64,000 nt of DNA from Cirrosporium novae-zelandiae. Taxonomy: Eukaryota. The stretch lies in assembly GCA_026023565.1 (NCBI GenBank), contig JAPETS010000041.1:186001-250000 (forward strand), written 5' to 3'. A program made the translations under genes and the position numbers. This document shows positions 62,877-64,000 of the stretch, piece after piece (the first letter of the stretch is position 1; each line of letters begins with the position of its first letter). The notes under the pieces are model-generated. The model did no database searches. It had not been told where the DNA came from and saw only the letters and a list, made by a program, of their open reading frames with translations.

Positions 62877-64000
62877 ATGGTGATGCCACAGCAGATTATG
62901 ATGAAGGTTCCACGCTTGGCTTTTTCGCCAGCTTTCCTCCTTCGAAGCCGAATTGGAAGGACTCTCCCGTCAACTCGGTCCTATAGCTTTCATGCGAATC
63001 CTCAATCCTTTTCGAAAGGCCCAGCCTCGAAGACTTGGCGACGCAACGCCTCTACCTCGACTGATGCCACCAGCACTAGCAAACCCTCTCCATCCAGTGT
63101 GAGAAATATTATTTATGGGACCTCCCTGACACTTGCCCTCGTTTTCGGATATTACTACATAACCGATGCCCGTGCAAGTGTCCACCGATGGTTATTTACC
63201 CCTCTTATGCGGGTTCTCATCAGAGATGGAGAGGCCGCGCACAAGGCTACGATTGAGTCTTTCAAGTTGCTTTGGACATCTGGACTTTACCCCCGAGAGA
63301 GAGGTAACCCCGATGGCGATGGGGAACTTGAGGTTAAGGTTGGTGCTAATACTTTTAACCGCTTTGTGGGAGTTCGAAGCCGGCAGATTGGATGCTTATA
63401 ATTATATAGGTCTTAGGTCATACTCTATCAAACCCTCTATCAACCGCAGCTGGCCTCGACAAAAATGCAGAAGCAATAGACCCTATGTTTGCTCTCGGAC
63501 CATCAATTGTTGAAATTGGCGCAATTACTCCACGCCCTCAAGATGGAAACCCCAAACCACGAGTTTTCAGGGTCCCATCTCAACAGGCTATTATCAACCG
63601 ATTTGGATTACCCAACCAAGGAGCTGATAGAATAGCAATCAGACTACAAGAAAGAGTACGGAAATTTGCCTACAAACTGGGTCTTGGCCTTGGCCCCGAG
63701 GGTGAACAAAAAGTCTTGGATGGTGAAGCAAATGTACCACCAGGAAGTTTGGCAAACGGCAAACTACTAGCCCTTCAGATTGCAAAACAGAAGACCACCC
63801 CAGACGACAATGTAGAAGCCGTTAGAGACGACTATGTGTACTGTGTTAAACAAATCGGGAAATATGCCGACATCGTCACTGTGAACGTTTCCAGCCCAAA
63901 TATGCCAGGCCTAAGGAACTTGCAGCGGGTAGAACCACTCAAGAAAATCCTTTCTGGTGTGGTAGAAGCTGTACAAAAACTTCCAACGAAGAGGAAGCCT
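62877..64000 (+). CDS. URA9: Mitochondrial class 2 dihydroorotate dehydrogenase (3' end outside the window; start ATG uncertain)
   Basis: Presequence plus TM helix; intron 63339-63409; AAGLDKNA, PQDGNPKPRVFR, VNVSSPN.PGLR. Confidence 0.93.

Noticed and set aside
192..64000. Pyrimidine gene cluster (thymidylate synthase + DHODH)
   Set aside because: About 62 kb apart and separated by unrelated genes

Overview
Gene-dense, intron-containing DNA from a filamentous ascomycete (Pezizomycotina inferred from gene content and short GT-AG introns; species not determinable). I resolved 23 protein-coding genes by joining exons in frame. Most are housekeeping: thymidylate synthase, AN1 zinc finger, SEH1, ALG7, LEU1, RfeC-like C2H2 factor, EMC10-like, FGGY kinase, PAF1, RPS16, TDP1, ACB1, CHIP, GH127, COX16, tyrosine phosphatase, MFS permease, F-box protein, and a DHODH cut off at the window end. 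An accessory-rich stretch at about 1.9-16.3 kb holds a PsiD-like decarboxylase, an SDR, a CorA-like protein and two pseudogenes. A third pseudogene (RTA1) lies near 43.2 kb and is missing from the ORF track. I found no tRNA, rRNA, CRISPR array or intact transposon. The best leads are a structured 275-nt intron in the FGGY kinase gene (candidate ncRNA), the PsiD-like enzyme, a DHODH with altered conserved motifs, and tandem Leu3/LeuB sites upstream of LEU1. I cannot claim a complete new multi-gene system. All family calls come from motif recognition, not database searches.
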